From the NCBI GenBank assembly GCA_037447605.1, contig CM074813.1:806001-870000 (forward strand): 64,000 nt of DNA. Reading direction: 5' to 3'. Below, piece by piece: positions 1 to 11,258 of the stretch (position 1 is the first letter of the stretch; each line of letters starts with the position of its first letter). The translations under genes and the position numbers were made by a program. The notes under the pieces are model-generated. The model had not been told where the DNA came from. It worked only from the letters and a program-made list of their open reading frames with translations, and searched no databases. This DNA comes from Zygnema circumcarinatum SAG 698-1b. Lineage: Eukaryota; Plantae; Zygnematophyceae.

Positions 1-781
1 GACGCGGATTCGCAGAGTCAGGACGCGCGCGACTCTGATTGGTCGCGGCGCGGGCGCAAAACGCGGAGCGGAAAGTTGCGGCGCGAAAACGACATGGGAG
101 ATACTTGGCGGCGAATCGGAATGCGCCACGTGGACCACTCGTGATGTGGGTCCGCTGGTTCGTATGTACGGCCGAAGTGTCGGCGGGCGAAGATCGCTAA
201 GGAAGGCTGGCGAAACGGCGGAACTGTACGGACGACTGTACGGACAGACAAGAACTAGGTCGGTGTCGTTGTAGGTTTACGAGGCCACTCTCTGGTCGCT
301 ATTCCTGAGTGCGCCCACTGAAACTCGGTGCATGGGTTTGCAATGGCGGACGTGACGTGACATGTGTGTCACGTCACGGGCGCCATATTATATAGTGCAT
401 AGTTTTACTATGGGAAAATAACCATACTAGTTCTGTCTCTTATTCTGTGCCTGCTCGTGCTGTCAGGCTGCCTTCACTTGTGTCGTGAGGTAGTGAGTAA
501 GAGGGACTTACCTTGTAGTGGTGGGAGAACTTCATGTGGGAGGACATTTTATTATAAAGGAGTTTTAGAGCCGTGAGCTTTCTCCTACACTTCTCTCGAT
601 TGATTTCCGTTGTGCTTATCTCTGGTGTTCATTCTGTGAGTTATGGGCGATGAGTGAATTGAGATAGAGCCTTGAGAGTGAAAGAGTGGGAATGTCTACA
701 TCGGTGGGAACACGAGTTCTTGTGGAGGGTGACACACGAGGTGTTGCCGGGAGCAGCGGGGATCAGTCCCCCACTCCAACA
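1..781 (+). repeat. 5' LTR (start not in window)
   Basis: 632-781 matches 5055-5204 with one mismatch in 150 bp and ends in CA just before the PBS. No TGTTGG start is visible in 1-631, so the LTR probably begins upstream. Assigning all of 1-631 to the LTR is inference. Confidence 0.8.
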
Positions 782-783
782 AG

Positions 784-795
784 TGGTATCAGAGC
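784..795 (+). other. Primer binding site complementary to initiator tRNA-Met 3' end
   Basis: TGGTATCAGAGC, 2 nt after the LTR end; this is the canonical plant copia PBS. Confidence 0.95.
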
Positions 796-797
796 CC

Positions 798-3700
798 ATG
801 GTGGCGAGGAGGACCACGTGAAGTTCAGCATCCCAGCGTTCGACGGCCAGGACTACAAGGGGTGGAGATGGCGGCTGGTCCCCTTGCTCGTGGGCAAGGG
901 GTTACTCGGCTACGTTGACGGCACCATCAAGGCACCGGTGCTGCCGGAGGGAGCCACGGCGGAGCAGCAGTCGGAGTTCGACACGGCGCTCGTACAAGGC
1001 CCTTACCCAGATCGTCATGAGTGTGAGGGGAAGTCCCTCGTCTATGCTGTATGATCTCAGGACCTCACATGCTATGTGGAGGTGCTTAGAAGAGATGTAT
1101 GATGTAAAGGATAACGTGACGATTGTCACCCTTTACACGCAGCTAGGAAAGATGAAGATGTCCTCATATGAGAAACTAGGGGAATATATGGTCAGATTTG
1201 ACACTCTAATGGAGAGGTTCATAGCCTTGCAGAAACCGTTAGAGGGGGACCATAAGATCAGCCAGTTTCTAGGGGGACTGCCTGGTCGGTTTGATGTGGC
1301 AGTTGCGGCTCTTAGGACAGTACGAACGAACTCCATGATGACCCTTGAGCAAGTGAAGCGAAGGATCAAGGAGGAGGATACAGTCCAAGACGTTGGCGGC
1401 ACCGAAGAGAGGGTGCTGGCGCTGCACTCGCGTCAAGACCGAAGAGGAGGCGCGTTGAAGACAGACCGAGGTGAACGCCCCTCGGGAGCGTGCTACACGT
1501 GTGGCAAGACTGGCCACTACTCGGCGGACTGCTTCAAGAACAAGAGCACCCCAGATCGGGGAGGAGGAGCTTCGTCATCCGGCAAGAAGGGGTTCAAGGG
1601 AATCTGCTTCAAGTGCAAGAAGAGAGGCCACAAGACTGCAGATTGCAGAGTGGCAGTGGAGACGAATCTCATGCTCACTGAAAATTCTGACTTTGTTGGG
1701 AAGATCCAGGTTCAGGATCTGAAGCGGCCATGGCTGATTGACTCTGGCGCTTCCACACACATGTGTGGCGACAAGCAGATGTTCTCCACGTTGGTTACGT
1801 TGGAGAGGACCCGATCTGTTCACTCGGCAACCGGAGAGGGAGTGACAGTCACGAAGGGAGGAGTAGTCAAGATGCGACTCGGAGACGGCTCAATCATCTA
1901 CGAAGAAAGAAGAGAAGAGCGTCTGTGCATCGGTGATGTTCTTCACACCCCTGAGCTGAAACAGAACTTCATGTCTGTTAGCCAAGTGTGTAAGAAGGGG
2001 TACGAGGTTACCTTTAGTGAGAAGTCATGCGTGGCTACTCATATGGAGACCGGAAAGCAGCTATTTGAGGGGTATGAGAAGGGAGGCCTATATTACCTTC
2101 ATTATAGAAGAGAGGAAGATGAAGGGGTAATGGCAATATCTGAAAGTGTAGTAAATCTCTGGCATCGTAGACTTGGTCATCTGAACCATAGGGGACTGCA
2201 ACAGCTTGCCGCAAGGGGGCTGGTCCGCGGGTTAGATGTAGATGTAGTTGAGAAGGAGCTCGGTTTTTGCAAAGAGTGCATAGAGGGGAAGGCGCACAGA
2301 AAACCATTCGCGAGGAGTGGAGAGGAGACGTTCCATGCGCAAGAGAAGCTGGGTCTGGTTCACACCGACCTTTGCGGTCCCGTGACACCGGCAACGACTG
2401 GAGGAGCCCGATATTTCATCACATTTCTCGATGATTTTTCGAGGAAAATCTGGGTGAAAATTCTCAAAAACAAGTCTGAGGCTTTCGGAGCCTTCAGAGA
2501 GTGGCACGTACAGATGGAGCGAGAGAGCGGATCCAAGCTGAAGACTATGCGCTCGGACAACGGAGGGGAATTCAAGTCGAAGGAATTCGGCGAGTACTTG
2601 AGGACTCGCGGAATAAGGCATGAATTTTCTGCTCCTTACTCCCCTCAAAGTAATGGAGCTGCTGAGAGGGTAAATAGGACGCTGGGGGACATGGCGAGGA
2701 CCATGTTGATTGATTCCCCCTTTCCAGCATTGTTTTGGGGAGAGGCAGTGATGACTGCCACCTACCTTAGAAATAGATGCCCGTCCTCTGTTCTGAAGGA
2801 ACAGGTCCCTGAAGAGGTGTGGAGTGGGAGGAAGCCCACGGTGTCCCACCTGAAGGCTTTCAGAGCGCGCTGCTGGACGGCAGTGCTGAAAGCAAAGCAG
2901 AAGAGGAAATTCGATCCTCGAGCCGTGGAAGGGTATTTTCTCGGCTACAACACCGACAGCCACACTTACAGGATGTGGAACCCTCGGTCGAATGAAGTTC
3001 AGAACTCGAGGGACATCACGGTGGATGAGAGAGGGGCGGTGACACGACTAGGTGAGACCCGACCCCTAAAGACAAATTTGGAGATTGTGTACGAGGACGT
3101 GGAGACCAGGGGAGAAGGCGTTGATGCCGTCCAGGTCCCAGTTTTGGAGGAGGTCAGCATGCCCGAGAGCAGAGGAGCTGAACCAGAAACGTTACCAAGC
3201 GTCGAAGCGGACGTGGGAGCTGAACCCGAAGTGCCGCAAGCGGGAGAGCCGCAGATTTCGACGGAAACGGCTCCACTACACACTCACCTGTCAGACGAGG
3301 AGAACTCGGCCGAAACTGTGCCGGTACATGGACAGGAGTCTGAGGACTTAGAGACGGCTGAGAGAGAGGCGATGTTGGCAAGCATGCCTGCCGGGTTTGT
3401 CCCGGGGATTTTCTTCAACTCAAGGAGTGGGAGAACGCAAGGACCGCGGAGGAGCACCCGCGTGGTGAGGAGGCCTGATCGATTCAGGCCCTCGCAGACT
3501 AACCTTGTGCAGGAGAGAGTGCCTTACCGACTCGGCTGAACTCGAGAAGCGCATCGCTTCATGATCAATGAATCAACACTCTTGAGGAGGCTTACCCACG
3601 GGCCGATGGCGAAAAGTGGTGAGCAGCGGATTACACAGGAGGGACAGCTTACAGAGAACGGACATGGCTACTCTGAGGAGCTGCCGCAGGGAAGAAGGGC

Positions 3701-4853
3701 CATTGATGCAAGTGGGTACCAAGGTGAAGCGGAAGGCGGACGGGAGCGTCGATCGGTACAAGGCGCGCCTGGTGGCGAAAGGCTTCAGCCAGGCGTACGG
3801 AATTGACTACACAGAGACCTTCGCGCCCCTGGTAAAATTCAATTCGCTCCGTGCCCTAATTTCGATTGCAGCGGCCGAGGGGATGCACGTACATCAACTC
3901 GACATCAAGACCGCGTTTCTGTACGGAGATCTCGCTGAGGAGATCTACATGGTACAGCCGGAAGGAAAGATTGTCCCGGGCAAGGAGGATCTGGTTTGTC
4001 GCCTAGTGAAGAGTCTGTACGGACTGAAACAGGCGCCCAGGATCTGGTATGAGAAGATAGACGATCTTCTCAGGAGGAACGGATTCGTGCGATTCGAAAT
4101 GGATCATTCCGTTTACCGACAAGGGGAGGACGAGGATCTCATGTACGTTGGGATCTATGTTGACGACCTCATTATGGTGAGTCTCTCGTTGGAGAGAATC
4201 AATGATTTGAAGGAGCTGCTCCAGGCTAACTTCAAGATGTCGGATCTAGGGGAAGCGCAGTATCTGTTAGGGATGCAGCTGAAGAGGGGGCAGGACGGCA
4301 GCCTCTTTCTGTGTTAGAAGAAGTACGCCGTAGACGTACTTGCGAGATTTCATATGGAAGATTGCAGATCAAGTGCCAGCCCCATGGAGATAGGGGCGCG
4401 ACTGTCAAAGGAGATGGCGCCCGCAACGGATGCGGAGGTACAACGGATGTACGGAGTGCCGTACAGATCTGCTATCGGAAGTCTCATGTACCTAATGATT
4501 GGTACGCGACCGGACTTGGCCAAAGCCGTGAGCTCAGCAAGTCGGTTCATGGAGAATCCGGGTCCAGAACATTGGGAAGCCGTGAAGAGAATCTTCAGGT
4601 ATGTACGGGGAACCTNNNNNNNNNNATTCGTGTTCCTGAATGGAGGAGGAGCAATCTCGTGGAGCTCCAAGCTCCAGGATTCGGTGGCCTTGTCAAGCAC
4701 CGAGGGCGAGTACATGGGGGCTTGCCATGCAGCAAAGGAGGGAGTGTGGTTCCAGTACTTCTTTGATGAATGTAAGAGACCACAAACTCCGGTGACTCTG
4801 TTTACGGACAACCAGTCGTCCATAGCCTTGATGGGAAACCCTGTATTCCACAA
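798..4853 (+). pseudogene. Copia gag-pol polyprotein, frameshifted and with nonsense codons
   Basis: Homologous reading is split over ORFs 686-1054, 915-3539, 3561-3806, 3616-4317 and 4354-gap. Frame changes occur near 800, 985 and 3520-3720; in-frame TAG at 4315-4317 where LCQKKY is expected. N gaps at 4615-4625 and 4853-5054. Confidence 0.85.
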
Positions 4854-5054
4854 NNNNNNNNNNNNNNNNNNNNNNNNNNNNNNNNNNNNNNNNNNNNNNN
4901 NNNNNNNNNNNNNNNNNNNNNNNNNNNNNNNNNNNNNNNNNNNNNNNNNNNNNNNNNNNNNNNNNNNNNNNNNNNNNNNNNNNNNNNNNNNNNNNNNNNN
5001 NNNNNNNNNNNNNNNNNNNNNNNNNNNNNNNNNNNNNNNNNNNNNNNNNNNNNN

Positions 5055-5204
5055 TTCTGTGAGTTATGGGCGATGAGTGAATTGAGATAGAGCCTTGAGA
5101 GTGAAAGAGTGGGAATGTCTACATCGGTGGGAACACGAGTTCCTGTGGAGGGTGACACACGAGGTGTTGCCGGGAGCAGCGGGGATCAGTCCCCCACTCC
5201 AACA
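5055..5204 (+). repeat. 3' LTR (3' portion; remainder in N gap)
   Basis: Direct repeat of 632-781, followed by AAACT (candidate TSD, cannot be verified in this window). Confidence 0.93.
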
Positions 5205-6104
5205 AAACTTTAGTACACTGTCAATCAAGCCACTGCCTTACGATGATGATGAATTGATGATGTTCAACCTTTTTTTTGGACAGTTGAAGTTAGATAGTTG
5301 AACTATATCTTTTAAGGGGATACTCGTTGCTGGTGGTTTTGTTTTAGGGTCCATGGTTACGTATTCTGTGAGTTATTCCTTGCAAGTTGTGATGATTGTA
5401 ATCTCAAGGATTATCGTACAAACAAGGACTTTGGTTATCTGGTTCTTTCCCTTGCGTCTACTGCCTGTCTGTCGTTGTTGAAAGAGGAATCTGTATGCTT
5501 GTTTGTCTTTACAATTTATGGACTGTGCCTCCAATGTAGTCAATAGTTTTGGATCATAAAAACGAAAATAGTTTAAAGAATAGTGTTGTGGCGATAATGG
5601 GAAGGCGGCAGCTGGAAGAAAAGAGAGAGGAGGACGAAGTGAGGAGAGAAGAGGAACGAGAGGTTATAATAAGAGGGGGAAGGGGAGGGGGAGAAAGAGA
5701 GGTCCCTCTCTCTGTTTCCATTTGCTCTTATGTCCCTCTATTGTCATCACCATTTTATTTTCCTGTCGTCGGTTTCCGCTTTTAGCACTCTGCCCCATTT
5801 CTCCCTACCCCTCCTCCCTCTCCGACTCTCCCTCTCGTTCATCCCTTCCCATCTCCCCTCTCCTCCTTGCCACTACTGACTTCCAATGTTTATGTTTTGT
5901 TATCCTACAACCCCCACATCTGGGAAACTTCAAAGGCCTGAAAACTTCAAAATTCTTAAACCCATAAGAGATTGGACCCCTAAGCAGATAGCCCTTTCAA
6001 CCCCTGTAAGACGCTAATCTTAGTCTCGAATCCTAATCGTGTGCCACCTTCTTCCTGGAAGCTTCTCCAAAATATAACGTATTGGATTTTTTTTCCAAAA
6101 AGAA

Positions 6105-6152
6105 TAGGAATCTATTATTCACACACCTTTTTTGGCTAGATACACACTTTTT
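6105..6152. mobile_element. Single TIR-like fragment of the MITE-like family also seen at 36875 and 37267
   Basis: CACACACCTTTTTTGGCTAGATACACACTTTTT matches the terminal motif of the two intronic copies. Confidence 0.55.
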
Positions 6153-7052
6153 GGTTAATTAAAAAACTTGCAATCCTGATAGGCAACGATAGCAAACTTT
6201 CATTGAACTCGCGATGGCGAGGCCATCAAATGTACATGGATAAAGGCAAAATGTGGAACCACGAAGGACTGGTCACAAAGGACCGAAACACAATAAAACA
6301 AAGCTAGGAGCGGAAAACTACGCCTAGGCACAACAACGCAGCCCTAGAAGCAGCCGCGNNNNNNNNNNCAAAGGAAGGGATTGGAAGGGAAGGGATAGGG
6401 AAACAGAGGTGGAGGAATAAGGAAAGGAAGGGAAGGGAAGGGACCAGGGAGGCGACGGGAAGGGAGAAGGGAAAGGAAGGAGAAAAACAGCAGAAAAGGG
6501 TGGAAAGGGCATAAAAGGCGAGAGCAGCTCAAAAAGAAGAAGCACAAGGACGAAGAGACGCAAAGGGGGAGACAAAAGGGAAAACGCAACACAGCAAGAC
6601 AAGCTACGGCAGAAAATGTCAGAAAACAAGGCGAGAAACGTTAGAACAGAAAAAACCGCAGCAAAACAGCAGCAAAACAACCAAAAACAAAAAACAAAAA
6701 ACGAAAAGAAGCACAAACAACAAAAACAGAGCAATGCAGCAAGACACGCGACAGGAAAACGCAAAGACAACGACAAGAGGCTGCCACGTGGCCGCGGCAG
6801 AGGCAGCGGCAGCAGGCGCAACGGTCGGAAGCGCCGTTCGCGGGGCGGGGATAGGCGATACAGTACTCAAAGGTGTACAGGTATGTAGATTCCTCCCCCA
6901 GAAAAAAAAAAAACCTACTTGTACGTGTTTTTTTCAAGTTCGGTCCCATCGAAGTTGAACCGTACGGTCGACCCCCCCGCGGGCGCCCCCTCGCGCCCTC
7001 CCTCCCTCGCCCCCCCCCGCCTCCTCTCGGAGGAGGTCGCGACACGTGGCAC

Positions 7053-9458
7053 ATGGCTGCCATGGCCGGGCAGGCCCAGGCGCCACGTGGCGCTGCCCAC
7101 GCTCAGGGCGCAGGGTTCAGGGTGCTGCAGGTGCGGGCGAGCGGTCCCCACCCGCACGTGCGGGCTCTCCTGCTGCGCCAGCTGGCCGGCGAGCCGTGGG
7201 CGGCGCTGCCGCCGGAGGGCGCCACGTGGCAGCGGGAGCGGGTCCTGGAGCTGGCTGGCGTGCCGTACAAGTGGAGCAGGCGCCACGTGGCGGAGTTCGC
7301 CCGCCAGTTCGGAAACACGGAGGGGGCGGCGGTCGGCTGGGTCGCTGCGTGCGCTTCGGAAACCCTTCTAAGCCTTAAACCCTAAACCCCAAACTCTACA
7401 CCTTACACCCTAAAACTTAAAGTTTAAACCTTAAACCCTATTCTCTAAGTTTTAAACCCGAACGCTATTCCCTACACCCTAAACCCAAAACCCTACACCC
7501 TACACCCTAAACCTTAAACCTTAAACTCTAAACTCTAAACCCTAAATCTGAACGCTATACCCTACACCCTGAATCTTAAACTCTACACCTTATACCTTTA
7601 ACCCTTAACCTTAAACCCTAAACTCTACATCCTAAACCCTAAACGTTATACCCTACCTTTATAAAGTTCTTAAGTATCTCTTAAGAAAGTATCTCTTAAG
7701 AAAAGAAAAAATCTCATATCTGTCCCTCTGCCTCTTCTGTTGTCCCTCCCGCCCTCTTCCCCCTCTCTCCTCTCACTCTCTCTCTCCCTCCCTCTCCCTC
7801 TCCTCTCTACTGTTATGCTATTTTTCTGCCCCCCCTTTTTTTTTTTTTTAAATTCAGCAAACCCCCAAATTCCTTCCAAAAAAATAATTTTGAAGCGGAC
7901 TGGCAGCCGACATCGCGCGCCGCTTTTGTCCTTTTCGAAAACTCCGCGAGCCTCAAGAAGGCGCTGAAGGCGGGGGCGCCAGCTGGCACCGCGAAAAAGG
8001 CAAAACCTCTGCCAGCCATGGCGGAGCCCGGAAGCTTCCTGGGAGCTTCCTCGTCGGGTTCGGCGGAGGGGAGGGAGGGGGGGTGGGAGGGAGAAGCGGC
8101 GGCGGAGTTTGGGCTGCAGAGTGAGTGGAAGGGAGGGAGGGAATGCCGGCGTGGGGAGTGAGGGAGAGGGAGAGAGAGAGAGAGGGGGGGGGAAAAGGAG
8201 GACCGAGAGAGTGAGTGAGGGGGGGAAGAGTGATGTAGGAGGGGGAGAGAGACACGAGAGAGAGAGGGGGAAGGGAGGAGCGAAAGAGAGTGAGAGTGGA
8301 AGAGAGATGTAGGGGGAAGAGAGCGGGGGGGGAGGAGGAGCGAGAGTGAGTGAGAGAGGGAGAGATGTAGGGGGCAGAGAGAGAGGGGGGGAGGAGGAGC
8401 GAGAGAGTGAGTGAGTGAGAGAGGGAAAGAGACGTAGGGGGAAAAGTGAGGGGGGGGAGGAGGAGCGAGAGAGTGAGTAAGAGAGGGAGAGTGACGGAGG
8501 GGGGAGAGAGAGGGAGGGGGAGAAAGGGAGTGAGTGAAAGGGAGAGAGAGAGAGAGAGTGCGAAAACGGGTTCAGTTTTGATTTTCCCCTTCTTCTTCTT
8601 CTTCTTTCTTGGGAAGTGAGTGCAGAGTGGCTGGCGGATTTTAAGGCGGAGAGAGGCCCAGATTTGGTGACGCGTCAGCGGCAGGTGGACGACTTCATGG
8701 CGGAATTCGACATTCGAGAGGAGGAGGCAATACTCCAAACCCTAATTTTCATGAACCCTTCAGTTCTGCGGATTCACACAGCTTGTTGTAATACATAGAA
8801 CCTCGCTCATCTCGAATGCTTGAACGGACCACTCCGATTCCGCTTCAATTAAAGAAAAAAATGAAATAAATCAGTGAATTCATTGAGAAAACGTTCGCTT
8901 TTCATAAATGACAAAAGAATAATAGAAAAAAAAAATAACGAAACTGGCTTTCAGGCAAAAAGGAAGAGAGAAGCGGCAGCTCAAGAAGAAGGATGGACTG
9001 TTGTGGTGAGCAAAGTCGGCCGGAAGAAAAGTACCGATTCTAAGTCCGGAATTTCAGTCGGCAGCGTTGCAAAGGAAGTCGCGGAGAGGCACGCGCTGAA
9101 GGCCGCGAAGAAAGGGAACTTTGACTTCTACAGATTTCAACATAGAGAGGCCAAACGGAACGGTGGGGTTCTATGCTTAACGGAGGGAACCTCCCTCTCT
9201 GATTTCTCTCTCTGTTCTCTTCTAGTTGTGCATTTTTCTTAACTTTTTTTTTTTTTTTTTTTTTCCAGTTTGTATATTCAAAACTTGTTTCTGTGTTGGA
9301 TGCGGTTTTTTTTTATTTTATTTTTATTTTAAGTTGACTTAAAATGTGGTTTTATGGGGGGTGGGTGCGCAGAGCTTTTGGAATTACAAGAACGGTTTGA
9401 GGAGGATAAAAAGAGGATAGCCATGTTGAGATCATCCAGAAAGTTTAAACCGTATTGA
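7053..9458 (+). CDS. RRP7: Ribosomal RNA-processing protein 7 (RRP7/RRP7A) homolog, about 5 exons
   Basis: Exons 7053-7348, 7858-~8057, 8626-8726, 8955-9162, 9373-9458. C-terminal Rrp7 signature QVDDFMAEFD...EEGWTVV...DFYRFQHREAKRNELLELQERFEEDKKRIAMLRSSRKFKPY*. RRM-like N-terminus VLELAGVPYKWSRRHVAEFARQFG...AAFVLFE. Start codon and exon 2 end are uncertain. Confidence 0.9.
7372..7655 (+). repeat. Degenerate plant telomere-like tract (CCCTAAA/CCCTACA) in RRP7 intron 1
   Basis: Repeated AAACCCTAAA/ACACCCTAAA variants beginning about 25 nt after the splice donor. Confidence 0.85.
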
Positions 9459-10955
9459 TCGGATTGCTGTTTTGTAGTAATTTTAGGGTTTAGGGTTTGT
9501 ATAATTACTTGGAACTGTTTTCTTAAAAAGAAGGAAAAATCAGATCTGCAGTCTTGGGGATTTGGGTTTTCCGGAATTGTGAATCTGAAGTGTGGCTTTT
9601 TTTCCTCTGAAAAAAATGTTGAGCAGTAGTAATTCATGCTTCGAGACTGGTGATTTTCCAGCAAACTTTGTTTATAGACAGCAATTGGACTCTGATGAGG
9701 TACAAATGTGTGAGGTTCAGGGTTTGAAGCCGCGTCTGGAGAGTGTGGTTGACCTCAAAAAAACGAAAAAGACATATTCCTCAAGCCGATTAAACATTCA
9801 AATGTTTAATGCACTGAACTAATTTAAATTACAATTAGATCCCTGCGTTGTAATAATGTAAGCATGTTCGTTCTACTGCTATTGCACGAGTTCATGTCCA
9901 TTCACCGAAATGTTCAAACTATATTTGCTGAGTGTCGTAGAACCTGTCTTCAAAAAGGAATGATGATCATTCCTTCAGCGAGAATAAACCCCGAACCAGA
10001 GGCATACTCATACTTTGTCTATAAGGAAATACTCGGCAAAAGATAAAATTTCGTGAAGGAATTTTTGACTAAAGTGGGTCGACTCCACTTCAGTAATTGA
10101 CTAAAGACTGATTGACTAATTGACCCATTGCGATTCCACACTGCCGAAGGACGGTACTTCCACCTTCACCTGTCACGTGGAGCCAATTTCCGTTACAATT
10201 CACTCAAACTGAACTGCCATGGAGCGCGTTACACGCAAATTTAAAAAATGTAACCGTTGGAACTGTCTCGGCCGTTCCATGCGCACGTCCGTTCCGTTGG
10301 GCAGGAGGCGGCGCGGAGGTTCTGTCAAAGAGGCAAAGTCCCTAAAACCCTAAAACCCTACAAACCCTAAAAACCCTAAACGACGCGGGTCGCTTCCTCC
10401 TTTGCTGCTCGTCAAAGTGGTGGGAACCCTAATTCTAACCCTAATCGTAACTGCTTTGAAAATTTAGGCAGGGACGGAGAGGGAGAGGAAGGGGGGGGAG
10501 GGAGGAGGGGGAGGGACGGCAGGCGGGAATAAGCAAAGGAATAAGGGTGGAGCAAAAGAGAATGGGCGAGAGTGGGAAAGGGAGGAGAAGTGGCTGGATA
10601 AGGGAGGCAGAAACTGAGCTTCCCAATATGCATACCCGCATGCATGCGTTCGTGCTTCCAGGGCATGTATACACATGCATGTATTGACCGCTTTCAGGGT
10701 TTCTGGCGTGTCTTCTATTGCGCACGCATGCCTGATTTCGCTCTGCCTAGCATCATTCATGTGCAGTATGCACGTACATATTCTCGACATCCAACGCATG
10801 AGTTCAGGGTAATGCCACATGCATGCATGCGCATGGATGCATGCATGATGGGCATGCTCTGCATCTTCAAACCAACCCTATTCTCCAGCGCTTCACAAAA
10901 ATGCCGTCTTCTTGTCCTTCTCCAATGTACTCACATTACCAGCGGAGCACAGGGA

Positions 10956-11258
10956 ATGGCGTCATGGCACCACTTTTTGACATACATATTCGCCATCAAC
11001 GCCGTAGGATGGGCCCTCATGGGCCTCGACAAGGTCATCGCCGTATTGAAATTGACAAAATTTCGCATCAGCGAAGCCGCGCTCTGCCGACCAGCCTACA
11101 TTGGAGGATGGGCGGGAGGTTACCTGGCCATGCTCATGTTTCGCCATAAAACGGCAAAACTCACATTCCAAAGAAAGTATTTCTGGGCAACTAGTGTTAA
11201 CATAGCGCTCTGTTTAGGTTTATGGTTGGCCCTTCGTCCATCTCCCACTCCTGTTTAA
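10956..11258 (+). CDS. DUF1294 (YsdA-like) small membrane protein, intronless, 100 aa
   Basis: YIFAINAVGWALMGLDK...FRISEAAL...GGWAGGYLAMLMFRHKTAKLTF matches the DUF1294 pattern (DK..A...RI.E..L....GG..G...M..FRHKT.K..F). The longer ORF call from 10644 uses a non-ATG start in CATG-rich sequence. Confidence 0.88.
   Translation: MASWHHFLTYIFAINAVGWALMGLDKVIAVLKLTKFRISEAALCRPAYIGGWAGGYLAMLMFRHKTAKLTFQRKYFWATSVNIALCLGLWLALRPSPTPV

Larger units (their letters stand above)
1..5204 (+). mobile_element. Ty1/copia LTR retrotransposon, 5' end upstream of window, internally disrupted
   Basis: Domain order gag-PR-IN-RT-RH. Two CCHC knuckles (CYTCGKTGHYSADC, CFKCKKRGHKTADC); protease WLIDSGASTHM; GAG-pre-integrase WHRRLGH; integrase HTDLCGP/FLDDFSR/RSDNGGEF; RT YKARLVAKG, HQLDIKTAFLYG, YVDDL; RNase H ALSSTEGEY. 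Both LTR copies end in ...CCAACA; a PBS follows the 5' LTR. Confidence 0.97.

Noticed and set aside
900-1060. Programmed ribosomal frameshift in gag
   Set aside because: No slippery heptamer recognised; plant copia elements normally have one ORF, and other lesions show decay or sequence error.
5363-5376. 14-bp match to the LTR just downstream of the element
   Set aside because: Too short, with no extension of similarity.
6324-6888. K/R-rich ORF 6616-6888 as an RRP7 N-terminal exon or separate gene
   Set aside because: Purine-rich sequence lacks stops by composition, its donor phase leads to a stop in the next segment, and it is close to an N gap.
10125-10139. 15-bp identity CCATTGCGATTCCAC with 21243-21257
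   Set aside because: A few such matches are expected by chance in 64 kb; only two copies, although both lie upstream of genes.
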